From NCBI GenBank assembly GCA_002869925.2, contig NEWT02000035.1, forward strand, positions 587,442 to 651,441: a stretch of DNA of 64,000 nt, read 5' to 3'. Below are positions 29,601-37,801 of this stretch, one piece after another. Source of the DNA: Nitrospira sp. CG24A. GTDB lineage: Bacteria; Nitrospirota; Nitrospiria; Nitrospirales; Nitrospiraceae. The position numbers and the translations under genes were made by a program. The notes under the pieces are model-generated. The model saw only the letters and a list, made by a program, of their open reading frames with translations. It was not told where the DNA came from and did not search any database. Each line of letters begins with the position of its first letter. The first letter of the stretch is position 1.

Positions 29601-30840
29601 GGCTGTGACTCACCCCCCCACTCAGCAACTACTTACCCGTTACCTCTCGGACTGGGGCATTACCCCCAGAGTGGCCACCGCAGAAGCGGAATTTCTTGAG
29701 CACGTCATGAGCGAACTGGCAACAGAGGGCGGCCGAGTGATTGCGCTCATCGATGAAACGTTCACAGATACGACCGATATTCAATTGATGCAGGCCCTGA
29801 AGTCAGATTCCACTCTCGCGGATGTCGGCATACTTCGACTCGTATCCTTTATTCGACGGGCCGATGTCGAACAGGATCCAGTGTTCGGTCGGGTTCCCTT
29901 CGTCACAAAACCACTCTGCTACACAACCCTTCATCGCGCGCTCCTCAATCTCCGCGACCATACACCGGGCGCTTCGCGGCAACCGGACCCGGCGTCTTCC
30001 CCGGCTACTCAATTCACCGGCCATGTGTTATTGGGCGAAGACAACCCCGTCAATCAAGAGATCGCCCTGCTCATGTTCCAAAGTCTGGGCTGCTCCGTCA
30101 CCGTAGCCCAGAACGGTCGAGAAGTGGTCGATCACGCACAGAAGACCCGCTACGATATCATCGTGACGGATTGCCAGATGCCCGAAATGGATGGCTTCGA
30201 GGCCACCAGACTGATACGGGAATGGGAACGCGTGACTGACACCGGGGGTTCCCGACCATTCATTCCCATCATTGCGCTTACCGCTCATGCCACAGCGAGG
30301 GACCGCGAACACTGCTTGGCCGCAGGCATGAACGACTATCTCTCGAAACCCTTCACCATGGAACAACTAGAAAATATACTTGCCTCATGGCTGCCACCCA
30401 GCCCAACTGCCCCGAGCCCGGACCGGACCGATGCGAAGCACACCGCAGGCCCACTGAAGACAGACGTCGAAAAAGAGGTCCCCGTCGCCGTCGATCATAA
30501 GGCCTGGAAATCGATCACGTCGCTGCAACGGCCCGGCAAACCGGACGTGCTGGCGAAAATCTTGTCGCTCTATCTGGCAGACTCGCAACAACTTGTCGAG
30601 AAGCTGCGTCAGGGAATGGTCGCCGGAGAAGCACAGGCCGTCAACGAAGCCGCGCACAGCCTGAAATCGCGGAGCTCCGTGCTCGGGGCTGTCGCCCTCT
30701 CGGACCTGTGCCGGCAGTTCGAAGAAATGAGCCGTCGTGGCTCACTCCCAGACGCCGAGCCCTTGCTCAAGCCGCTCGAAGCCGCGTTTGCCGACGCCTG
30801 TTATGTGTTTCAGACTGAACTCGAAAAGAGAGCCGCCTGA
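26641..30840 (+). CDS. Hybrid sensor histidine kinase (periplasmic sensor, HAMP, GAF x2, HisKA, HATPase, REC, Hpt)
   Basis: H-box FLANMSHEIRTPMNGV, G-box GTGLGLSICKQL, receiver IIVTDCQMPEMDGF...LSKP, Hpt AAHSLKSRSSVLGA. Confidence 0.9.
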   Translation: MTSFFSFSLLQSRIARRILGLFVLCALVPTSILGWVSYHQVTDQLIHQASARLRQESKSQGMLLYNHLLTLKAYLDRIAGEQPADGTVAEDVTITASAKDAGRQFRELRLLMYDSPDRHQLNGAQVKHLQAGNTLLRFQPTTNGSRQLVLTRAINPARWEAGLLSAQVDEAQFWSTQVKETLPADTDLVIEDQGRQALYSTFPHPMDLPDLHRQDLAAPMAEAFVWQTDGQEYIAGAWTIPLRYIFLADPWIISLSQSKESALAPVDQFRHTFFLVIASTLSAVVLLSLSHIRRSLQPVTLLQEGSARLAGGDFTTRVTVNSRDEFEDLAASFNSMTGQLSQQFHMLETLSAISQSILSSHDPSAMVNIVHSRISETIACDAVGMTLMDSDQRGPTTMSVRQLNSQSENEITEYACQFSQDDLAVLQAHPNHMMVPSSSLPGYLVPMNQPELLFFVVFPIVVNNHISGMLVLAYRQRKKPSADNVASARRLADQVAVALTNSRAIESRLRAQLELVGAVDARHQAEERATVLQAVNQSLQTKEERLRLQQSATLALVKDLTIYEGSLAETAQQVTATATQAFTVERASVWILEPTSHGLYCLDSYERSEDRHSPRATLSRTQLPTYFEALEREHVIAAAQAQEHANFQELVTNILAPRCVTSRLDAPIRTKGGLAGVVSIEHVGPSRVWAPDELQFAQALANFMALVLEAARRRESEEALAVAKTAAEDATKAKAEFLANMSHEIRTPMNGVIGMTDILAHTSLSQTQRHYVETIRNSGDTLLTLINDILDFSKIEAGKLEIHATAIDLRDLVENTAEQLAERAQRKGLQLLVEYELSAPTTVIGDPIRIRQILTNLLGNAIKFTQQGDVRVQVTGAPQQSREAGPAIVTLAVTDTGAGISPEGQARLFQSFSQVDGSSTRVHGGTGLGLSICKQLSELMGGAIGVQSVTGQGSTFWVRLPLSLPAHTGPDELSTPHPALEGLRICAAVTHPPTQQLLTRYLSDWGITPRVATAEAEFLEHVMSELATEGGRVIALIDETFTDTTDIQLMQALKSDSTLADVGILRLVSFIRRADVEQDPVFGRVPFVTKPLCYTTLHRALLNLRDHTPGASRQPDPASSPATQFTGHVLLGEDNPVNQEIALLMFQSLGCSVTVAQNGREVVDHAQKTRYDIIVTDCQMPEMDGFEATRLIREWERVTDTGGSRPFIPIIALTAHATARDREHCLAAGMNDYLSKPFTMEQLENILASWLPPSPTAPSPDRTDAKHTAGPLKTDVEKEVPVAVDHKAWKSITSLQRPGKPDVLAKILSLYLADSQQLVEKLRQGMVAGEAQAVNEAAHSLKSRSSVLGAVALSDLCRQFEEMSRRGSLPDAEPLLKPLEAAFADACYVFQTELEKRAA

Positions 30841-32978
30841 TGCAGGATAGTGATCCGAACACTCCTCTGGCCTTGATCGTCGATGACGATCTAACCTTCC
30901 GCACCTTGTCGCGCATGAGCCTGGAACAGGAAGAACTCCGCGTGGAGGAAGTATCGTCAGGCCAGGCGGCCGTTGACTTTGCCACCGCCTGCATGCCTGA
31001 CATCGTGATCCTCGACGTGCAAATGCCTGGGATGGACGGCTTCGCCACGTGCCAAGGCCTTCGTCGATTGCCTGGTGGAGATTTTGTGCCCATTCTGATG
31101 ATGACAGGGTTGGACGATGTTGAATCGATTGCCAAGGCCTATGACATGGGCGCGACCGATTTCATTATTAAGCCGTGCCATGGACTCATCCTCAGCCAGC
31201 GGGTCCGATACATGCTTCGAGCCAGCCGTACACTCAACGCCCTTCGTATCAGTGCGTCCAGCCTCGCCCAGGCCCAACGGATTGCCCAGCTCGGGGGATG
31301 GGAATGGGACTTTGTTCACGATCGCCTGGAAGTCTCGGATGCAGTCTGCCACATCCTTGGAATTCTCCCAGCCTCATTCAATCACACGCAATCTGCCTAC
31401 CTTGGCTGTGTGCAGGAAGGTGATCGGGATCTCGTTGCCGAAGCCATGCGTAAAGCCGTGGCTGACGGTACAGGATTCGATCTGGATCACCGCGTCATAG
31501 ACACCAACGGAACCGAACGCATCGTGCACTTCCAAGGCGAAGTCATTACCGATGACGTCGGCCGGCCTCAACGGATGTTGGGCACCGTACAAGATGTGAC
31601 GGATAAGCGGGCGACCGAAGCGAAAATTTACTTTTTGGCTAACTATGACGGCCTGACTCATCTCCCGAATCGGAATTTGTTCCTTCACCGCATAGCCCAG
31701 GCGATCTGTTGCGGCATGGGAACGAATATCATCGGAGCGGTATTAGTGCTCAGCCTGGACCGCTATCAACGCGTCAACGATATGCATGGGCCACGAAGCG
31801 GCGACCAGATTCTGAAAGAAGTCACCGGGCGTTTCCAGCGCGCCCTCTCAACCAGCACAACCATTGCGCAGTTTGCCGGAGCAGACTCCACGATGCTCGC
31901 ACGCCTCGGCGAAGACCAATTTGCCGCGCTGCTGACGAATCTCCCCACGGCTGAAGACTCCGCAAAGATCGCGAAATGTCTCCTGACATCCCTCGAAGCC
32001 CCCTTTCAGATCGACGGCACTACAGTCATGCTCACAGCCAGTGTTGGAATTGCCATTCCTGGGACGGACGGCACAGAACCCAATCTCCTCCTGCGTCATG
32101 CAGTGACCGCCCTTCAAGCGGCCCAAAATTCAGGCGACCGTAGTTGCCAGTACTACTGCAATTCTATGAATGTCTCGATTGCTGCCAGGATCACCCTTGA
32201 GCAGGACTTACGCGCCGCCATGAACGCGAATCAGTTCGTCCTCTACTACCAGCCTCAGGTGGATATCCTCTCGGAGACGGTCATCGGTGTCGAAGCCCTC
32301 ATCCGGTGGCAGCACCCGACTCGCGGCCTGATCTCTCCGGCCGAGTTCATCCCGGTCGCAGAAGAAGAAGATCTGATCATCCAGCTGAGTGAATGGGTGA
32401 TCAAAAACGCCTCGCAACAACAGAAGACCTGGCGCAACAGCGGACTGCCGCCCTTTCCGATTTCAATCAATCTCTCGAGTCTGCATTTCAGGCAGCGCAA
32501 TCTCATCAGTCAGATCAGGTCGATCGTCATTGAGAATGGCGGAGATCCACCTTACCTTGAGTTGGAGCTGACGGAAGGGGTGTTGATGACCAATGCCACG
32601 ACAACAATGACGACACTCAAGCAGTTGAAGGGATTAGGGTTCCGTTTAGCGATCGACGACTTCGGTACAGGATACTCCTCGCTCGCCTATCTTCAGCAAT
32701 TTCCCATCGATACACTCAAGATCGATCGGGCGTTCGTCAAAGATATCAAGCTGGGCAAGATCGATTCCCCCATCATGCGAGCAATCATCGGAATGGGCCG
32801 GGCACTGAAGCTTCATGTCGTCGCGGAAGGAGTCGAAACCAGAGACCAGCTCGCATTCCTTCGTATGCAAGGCTGCGCCGCGTATCAAGGATTTCTGTTC
32901 AGCAGGCCGGTCCCGCCAAATCATTTACTGCCACTGCTTCAAAGTCATCTACGCCAGCCAATACCCAAGTCAGCCTGA
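30840..32978 (+). CDS. Response regulator REC-PAS-GGDEF(degenerate)-EAL
   Basis: REC DIVILDVQMPGMDGF. The GGDEF position reads GEDQF (31908-31922). EAL (32292-32300) and DDFGTGYSSL are intact. Confidence 0.9.
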   Translation: MQDSDPNTPLALIVDDDLTFRTLSRMSLEQEELRVEEVSSGQAAVDFATACMPDIVILDVQMPGMDGFATCQGLRRLPGGDFVPILMMTGLDDVESIAKAYDMGATDFIIKPCHGLILSQRVRYMLRASRTLNALRISASSLAQAQRIAQLGGWEWDFVHDRLEVSDAVCHILGILPASFNHTQSAYLGCVQEGDRDLVAEAMRKAVADGTGFDLDHRVIDTNGTERIVHFQGEVITDDVGRPQRMLGTVQDVTDKRATEAKIYFLANYDGLTHLPNRNLFLHRIAQAICCGMGTNIIGAVLVLSLDRYQRVNDMHGPRSGDQILKEVTGRFQRALSTSTTIAQFAGADSTMLARLGEDQFAALLTNLPTAEDSAKIAKCLLTSLEAPFQIDGTTVMLTASVGIAIPGTDGTEPNLLLRHAVTALQAAQNSGDRSCQYYCNSMNVSIAARITLEQDLRAAMNANQFVLYYQPQVDILSETVIGVEALIRWQHPTRGLISPAEFIPVAEEEDLIIQLSEWVIKNASQQQKTWRNSGLPPFPISINLSSLHFRQRNLISQIRSIVIENGGDPPYLELELTEGVLMTNATTTMTTLKQLKGLGFRLAIDDFGTGYSSLAYLQQFPIDTLKIDRAFVKDIKLGKIDSPIMRAIIGMGRALKLHVVAEGVETRDQLAFLRMQGCAAYQGFLFSRPVPPNHLLPLLQSHLRQPIPKSA

Positions 32979-33037
32979 CGTATTGCGGGTCGCCAGGCCA
33001 GCTAAGCCACACGATTGATGACGGTTCGTCGTCTCCG

Positions 33038-33182
33038 GCACAGCAATCAGAACATCAGCCTTTGATTGAATACCCGTCCAAGCCTGCACCTGGACATCGG
33101 TAGGGGTACCGACTGATGACCTAAACCATTCGGCGATGAGAGGGTGAAATCGAGAGAGAGACGTGGCACATGATCGTACCAC
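33038..33182 (-). pseudogene. Fragment of a second Lhr-type helicase N-terminus
   Basis: FHPLIAEWFRSSVGTPTDVQVQAWTGIQSKADVLIAVP parallels FHPLIAEWFASNVGTPTEAQQQAWPAIQSGADVLIAAP of lhr. It breaks off just before the GSGKT P-loop. Confidence 0.7.
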
Positions 33183-33205
33183 GCCACTAAAGGAAGCTCT
33201 ACCGG

Positions 33206-34792
33206 CTAGGGTAGCGCTCGAACGTAAATGTGGGAACCGCTTCCCGTGACAAGATTGGTTGCTTGCGACGAAAAGGCAACGAAGCTACCGTCGCTGCTCG
33301 TGGAGGGCTGATCGCTTGCGGAGTTTCCTGCGACAGAAGTCACACTGTTATCTTTAGAAACGAGACTTGTCGTGCCATTCACACCAACTGAACGATCATG
33401 GCTGTAGACCTGTTGACCGGCCACTGCCGGAGCTGGGCTTAGGAGGTTCGTTGCTAGTGAGGTAAAGGCAATCACTTGCCCGTTCGAGCTGATGGATGGA
33501 ACGCTGCTCGCCCCATTGCCCTGAACAGGCGATCCGTTGTTGTCATGCGAGACAAGACTGTTTGTCCCATTGACCCCCGTATTGCGATCATGAAGATAGA
33601 TCTGTTGACCGCTCACGCTTGCTACGAGATTTGACGCGAGGGACATGAATGCCACAAACCGTCCGTCTCCGCTGATCGACGGGGTACTGCTGTTGCCATT
33701 TCCCGCTGTTGCGACGCTGTCTTTGGAAACCAGGCTGGTCGTTCCATTCGCGCCAGTGAGGCGATCATGGATATAGATCTGCTGGTTACCGCCAGCTGCG
33801 CCAAGATTCGTGGACAACGAGGCAAACGCCACAAACTGGCCGTCGGCACTAATAGCCGGTGTGGCACTCACACCATTGCCCGACACTGGAGTCACATTAT
33901 TATCTTTCGAAATGAGCGTGGTCTGATCAGTCTGTCGATCGTGCACATAGATCTGGGTTCCGCTGACGCCGACCACCAAGTTCCCGGAATTCGAAACGAA
34001 GGCCACATACCGACCATCAGCGCTGATTGCCGGCGCACTGCTGGCTCCCCCTCCAATGACACCGGTGCTACTCTTCGAAACCACAGTGGTTTGACCGGTC
34101 TGGCGGTCCCGCACATAGATCTGTTGACCGCTCACACTCGTCACGAAATTCGAAGACAATGAGACAAACGCCACGAGCCCGCCATCGCTGCTCATCGAAG
34201 GGTCGCTACTGACGCCTCCGCCTTCGTTGATGGCAGTGGGATCACTATCGCGGGATACCACCTCAATCTGATTCGTCTGCCGGTTGTGCATATAGACTTG
34301 CGTGCCGTTGACATTAGTCACGAAGTTGGTTGATGACGAAGCGAAGGCGACCAGGCTTCCATCTCCGCTGATGGAAGGAGCTGAGCTGGCTCCACTTCCC
34401 GCCGTGCCACTGCCGTTCACCGACACACGATCTGTCCTTGTATGAACGGCAAACTGCACTGAACCGGTCGCGGTCTTCCCTGTGCTGTCCGTCACCGTGA
34501 ATGTCGCAGTCGGATTTTCCACTGCCGTCGGGGTGCCGCTCACGACACCTGAGCCTGCATTGAGAGACAAGCCGGCCGGCAGGGTCCCGCCAAATAGCGT
34601 CCAGGTGAAAGGAGCCGTTCCCCCTGTAGTCGCGAGGGTCGAAGTATAGGCGTTTCCGACCACACCGAAGTCGGCAGCCGTCGTCGACACCACAAAGTCT
34701 GCCGAACTGCCGCCACCGCCCCCACCACCCGGGCAGCCGACGAGTCCAAATACGAGGGCAATAATCGACAAGAGAGGCGCAAGAGATTTCAT
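33206..34792 (-). CDS. Lipoprotein with Ig-like domain and ~8 PD40/TolB-like beta-propeller repeats
   Basis: Lipobox FGLVGC followed by poly-Gly. TGGTAPFTWTL..GTLPAGLSLN..SGVVSGTP. Reiterated ~45 aa units IS.DG..VAF.S....L......QIY.HDR.T..T.LVSKD. Confidence 0.75.
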   Translation of the reverse strand: MKSLAPLLSIIALVFGLVGCPGGGGGGGSSADFVVSTTAADFGVVGNAYTSTLATTGGTAPFTWTLFGGTLPAGLSLNAGSGVVSGTPTAVENPTATFTVTDSTGKTATGSVQFAVHTRTDRVSVNGSGTAGSGASSAPSISGDGSLVAFASSSTNFVTNVNGTQVYMHNRQTNQIEVVSRDSDPTAINEGGGVSSDPSMSSDGGLVAFVSLSSNFVTSVSGQQIYVRDRQTGQTTVVSKSSTGVIGGGASSAPAISADGRYVAFVSNSGNLVVGVSGTQIYVHDRQTDQTTLISKDNNVTPVSGNGVSATPAISADGQFVAFASLSTNLGAAGGNQQIYIHDRLTGANGTTSLVSKDSVATAGNGNSSTPSISGDGRFVAFMSLASNLVASVSGQQIYLHDRNTGVNGTNSLVSHDNNGSPVQGNGASSVPSISSNGQVIAFTSLATNLLSPAPAVAGQQVYSHDRSVGVNGTTSLVSKDNSVTSVAGNSASDQPSTSSDGSFVAFSSQATNLVTGSGSHIYVRALP

Positions 34793-34888
34793 ACGGGCAT
34801 TCTCTTATGAGTTCCTCTTTGAGGCAACAACTATGTTATTTTACGCAACGTCGAAACGGTGGACCACCCTTCCGGACGGAGCTATTGA

Positions 34889-35779
34889 GTGACGCGACAC
34901 ATACCATCTCCACTGGTCGTGCTGGGATTCGGCTACACGGGCCGTGTCGTGCACAGCATCGGGACCTCGCAGGGGCGGGCTGTCCATGCCACCAGCAGGA
35001 ATCCCCACAATAATCTCACAGGCATTCCTTCGGAATATTGCGTGAGATTCGATTTGGAACAGCCCTCGACCTGGCCAAACATTCCTGCAGGCACCGATCT
35101 CATCTGGTGTTTTCCCGCCACACCCCTCGAACAGGTCCAGGCCTTCGCACGCACGCTCGACCAGCCGACTCGACGCATGATCGTCCTGGGAAGTACGTCT
35201 GCCTATGAAGTCTCCGATGAATCCACCGAATACCCTCCCCCTTGGATTGACGAATCAGCCCTGATCGACCTGACCAAGCCGCGCGTGCAGGGCGAGGAAT
35301 ATCTTCGCCAACATCATGGTGCCATCGTCCTCCGCGTAGCAGGCATCTATGGCCCGGGTCGGAACCCGCTAGATTGGATCAGGCAAGGCCGCGTGAGTCC
35401 GTCACGCAAGTACGTGAATCTTATTCACGTGGAAGATTTGGCAGCCATCTGTCTGGCCGCAATTGAGAAGGGGAAACCCGGCGAAGCCTACAACGTGAGC
35501 GACGGTACGCCTCACACCTGGGATGAAATCTGTGCAACTGCGCAGCAGCGATGGTGTCTGACAGCGACAACGCCCAAAGAAGACCGCTTCACAGGAAAAC
35601 GAATCAGCAACGCCAAGCTTCGAGGAGAACTAAGCTACGTTCTGCAACACCCAGACTTATACGAGGCGCTAGCAATGATCGAATCAGGGAACGGGGTAGA
35701 AGCGCAGGATGGTCAAAATGGCTTCCAGCAAGGCCCGAAGCGAGACGGAACCGGAGGCGTACCCTCAGCAGAGAACTGA
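34889..35779 (+). CDS. NAD-dependent epimerase/dehydratase-family (SDR) protein
   Basis: VVLGFGYTGR nucleotide-binding start, RVAGIYGPGR, NLIHVEDLA. GTG start. The last ~18 codons run into a family-B-like repeat fragment. Confidence 0.65.
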   Translation: MTRHIPSPLVVLGFGYTGRVVHSIGTSQGRAVHATSRNPHNNLTGIPSEYCVRFDLEQPSTWPNIPAGTDLIWCFPATPLEQVQAFARTLDQPTRRMIVLGSTSAYEVSDESTEYPPPWIDESALIDLTKPRVQGEEYLRQHHGAIVLRVAGIYGPGRNPLDWIRQGRVSPSRKYVNLIHVEDLAAICLAAIEKGKPGEAYNVSDGTPHTWDEICATAQQRWCLTATTPKEDRFTGKRISNAKLRGELSYVLQHPDLYEALAMIESGNGVEAQDGQNGFQQGPKRDGTGGVPSAEN

Positions 35780-35860
35780 ATGCGATACCATTCCCGCCAA
35801 TATTGATAAGCACCAGCCCTCATTTTCTCTTTGCGGACGGTCAAACTGGCTCTTCAACTA

Positions 35861-35945
35861 GGCCGCAGGCGAGTTACAACCGGGAGGCGTACCCTTTGGG
35901 TACGTTGAGGATTGTAGCGAGCCGAGAACGACGTTGGAAGCCAGT
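35861..35945. repeat. Family-B element, partial copy (core only)
   Basis: GGCCGCAGGCGAGTTACAACCGGGAGGCGTACCCTTTGGGTACGTTGAGGATTGTAGCGAGCCGAGAACGA matches the core of 37662-37785. The terminal GGATGCT.AAAAAG ends are absent. Confidence 0.7.
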
Positions 35946-35957
35946 TTCACCGTCCGA

Positions 35958-37634
35958 TTACCGGAGGAGAGCCATTACGGCTAAGCACACCAGCAGATTA
36001 TTGATCGCATGGGCGAGAATACCTGGCCAGAGACTTCCGGTTTTTTCATAGATCCACGCCCAGAGCACTCCACTCCAACACACGCTCAACAATCCTACAA
36101 CTCCGTAGCCATGCGCGATGCCGAAGATGCCGGCGCTGATCAACGCGGCCGGCAGAAAGCGGAACTTACGGCGGAGAATCGCGAACAGCAACCCGCGAAA
36201 CGCGAGCTCTTCGAACAGCGGCGCGAAGATCACGTACTCGAGCAAACTGACGGCTGTCAAGGACGGCGCAGCCCAGACGAGATTGGGATCGAACCACTCA
36301 GCCCAATGGCTGGTCAGGTGGAACGGCTCTGCCAGCCGATCCATCACCCACCCTCCCCATAGGCCTGCAGCCACTACCGCCAAGACCGCAGCCGCTAAAC
36401 GACCGGTATTGGCCCATCCGATCTCCAGCCCAAAACCACGATAGAACGTCATCCCGGAGGGCCGGAACAGATGATGGTACGCCAAAAGGAGCAGCGGCAC
36501 ATTCGTCAGCGGAATGGCCAATGCCCGGAGCAAGACATTGTCTGTCGGCACATACAACAGAAACAGCGCCGTGAGCATGACGCCAATCGCACCGCCGCGC
36601 AGCAACACCGCCGCACCAATGCCGCCTGGCCATGGCGGCGGCACACCCGACTCATGCAGCCGGACGAAACTGGAGGCCTCATTTCGTCTCAGCCACAGCA
36701 GCACGCACACCACCGTCCCGACAATCAGCGCGCCGAGCTCAACAAACGTCAGCCTATGTGATCGGGCAAACTGGCGGTCGATACGGACAGCGGCTTGTTC
36801 TTGAATCCTGGCTACGAGCGCGGCATCGTTGGCACGGCGCGCGAGACGTTCAGCCAGTCGATCGTAAAACCACCCGGACGGCAACACTTCTGCCGCTGCG
36901 GCTTGACGTGAGACATATCTGTCCGCGTCATGCACCGGTCCTTCACTATAGGCAGCCGTCACCAGATCGGCGAACTGAGGAAACGGGTCTTCTGCTTTTA
37001 TCCAGTCATGCGCTGAGAGGAGCGCCTGCGACACATGACCGGCCTCAGCTTGGAGAATCGCCAGTTGTAAATCGACGGATGGGTCTTCGGAAGACTCTGC
37101 CAGTTCTCGATACCATTCAATTTCGTGCGCCCATTCAGCCTCGTCGTTGCCGGAGGTCCAGGCCAAGAGCCGCTGTTCCCATTGAGGTGCGCGCTTGAGC
37201 CCTTCCTCCACATCCCTGGTCCGACTGACCATCAAACTCAGCGCTTGCTCAGGCGACTCGATCCGATCCAGCTTCGATGCCGATGTCGACAACCCGACCA
37301 TTGACCCCAGCGCCACGGTAAGAAAAATCGCAGCCAACAGCGTCATCATGGGCGAGAACCGCCCAAAATAGACCCCGACCGGCGGCGGCGCATCTGTGGA
37401 TCGCCACCAAGACTTGGGTTGTTGTGGGTCGTTGAGAGGCACGGCAGCTGACTCAATCATCGTTGGAACTATAACATGCCATTTTTCTCCCTCGACATCC
37501 CCCGGAATGGCTAGGTGACAGAAGGGCTCGAATACTCGTGGCCGAATACTGTTGAACTTCGCTATACTGAGGGGCTTTCGTAGCAGGCTCGGGAAAACCT
37601 CTTTTAGGCCAAATGACAGTTCGATGGTCCACAC
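35958..37634 (-). CDS. CPBP-family (CAAX-type) intramembrane glutamic endopeptidase with long N-terminal region
   Basis: C-terminal motifs PLFEELAFRG, FGIAHG and HAINN, with multiple TM segments. Start uncertain: GTG at 37634 or ATG at 37460. Confidence 0.75.
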   Translation of the reverse strand: MWTIELSFGLKEVFPSLLRKPLSIAKFNSIRPRVFEPFCHLAIPGDVEGEKWHVIVPTMIESAAVPLNDPQQPKSWWRSTDAPPPVGVYFGRFSPMMTLLAAIFLTVALGSMVGLSTSASKLDRIESPEQALSLMVSRTRDVEEGLKRAPQWEQRLLAWTSGNDEAEWAHEIEWYRELAESSEDPSVDLQLAILQAEAGHVSQALLSAHDWIKAEDPFPQFADLVTAAYSEGPVHDADRYVSRQAAAAEVLPSGWFYDRLAERLARRANDAALVARIQEQAAVRIDRQFARSHRLTFVELGALIVGTVVCVLLWLRRNEASSFVRLHESGVPPPWPGGIGAAVLLRGGAIGVMLTALFLLYVPTDNVLLRALAIPLTNVPLLLLAYHHLFRPSGMTFYRGFGLEIGWANTGRLAAAVLAVVAAGLWGGWVMDRLAEPFHLTSHWAEWFDPNLVWAAPSLTAVSLLEYVIFAPLFEELAFRGLLFAILRRKFRFLPAALISAGIFGIAHGYGVVGLLSVCWSGVLWAWIYEKTGSLWPGILAHAINNLLVCLAVMALLR

Positions 37635-37661
37635 GTCTTAGGCAACAGGAGTAATCGGTAT

Positions 37662-37785
37662 AGGATGCTCAAAAAGCTCGTCCGGCAAGGCCGCAGGCGA
37701 GTCGAACCCGGAGGCGTACCCTCAGGGGTACGTTGAGGATTTCGATGAGCCGAGAACGAAGCTGGCGGGCTTTTTCAGCATCCTG
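37662..37785. repeat. Family-B palindromic (MITE-like) element, complete 124 bp copy
   Basis: Ends are AGGATGCTCAAAAAGCTCGTCCGGC and GCTGGCGGGCTTTTTCAGCATCCTG. Central hairpin GCGTACCC-TCAG-GGGTACG. Lies between divergent genes. Confidence 0.85.
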
Positions 37786-37801
37786 TTAGGTTTGGAGTCC
37801 T

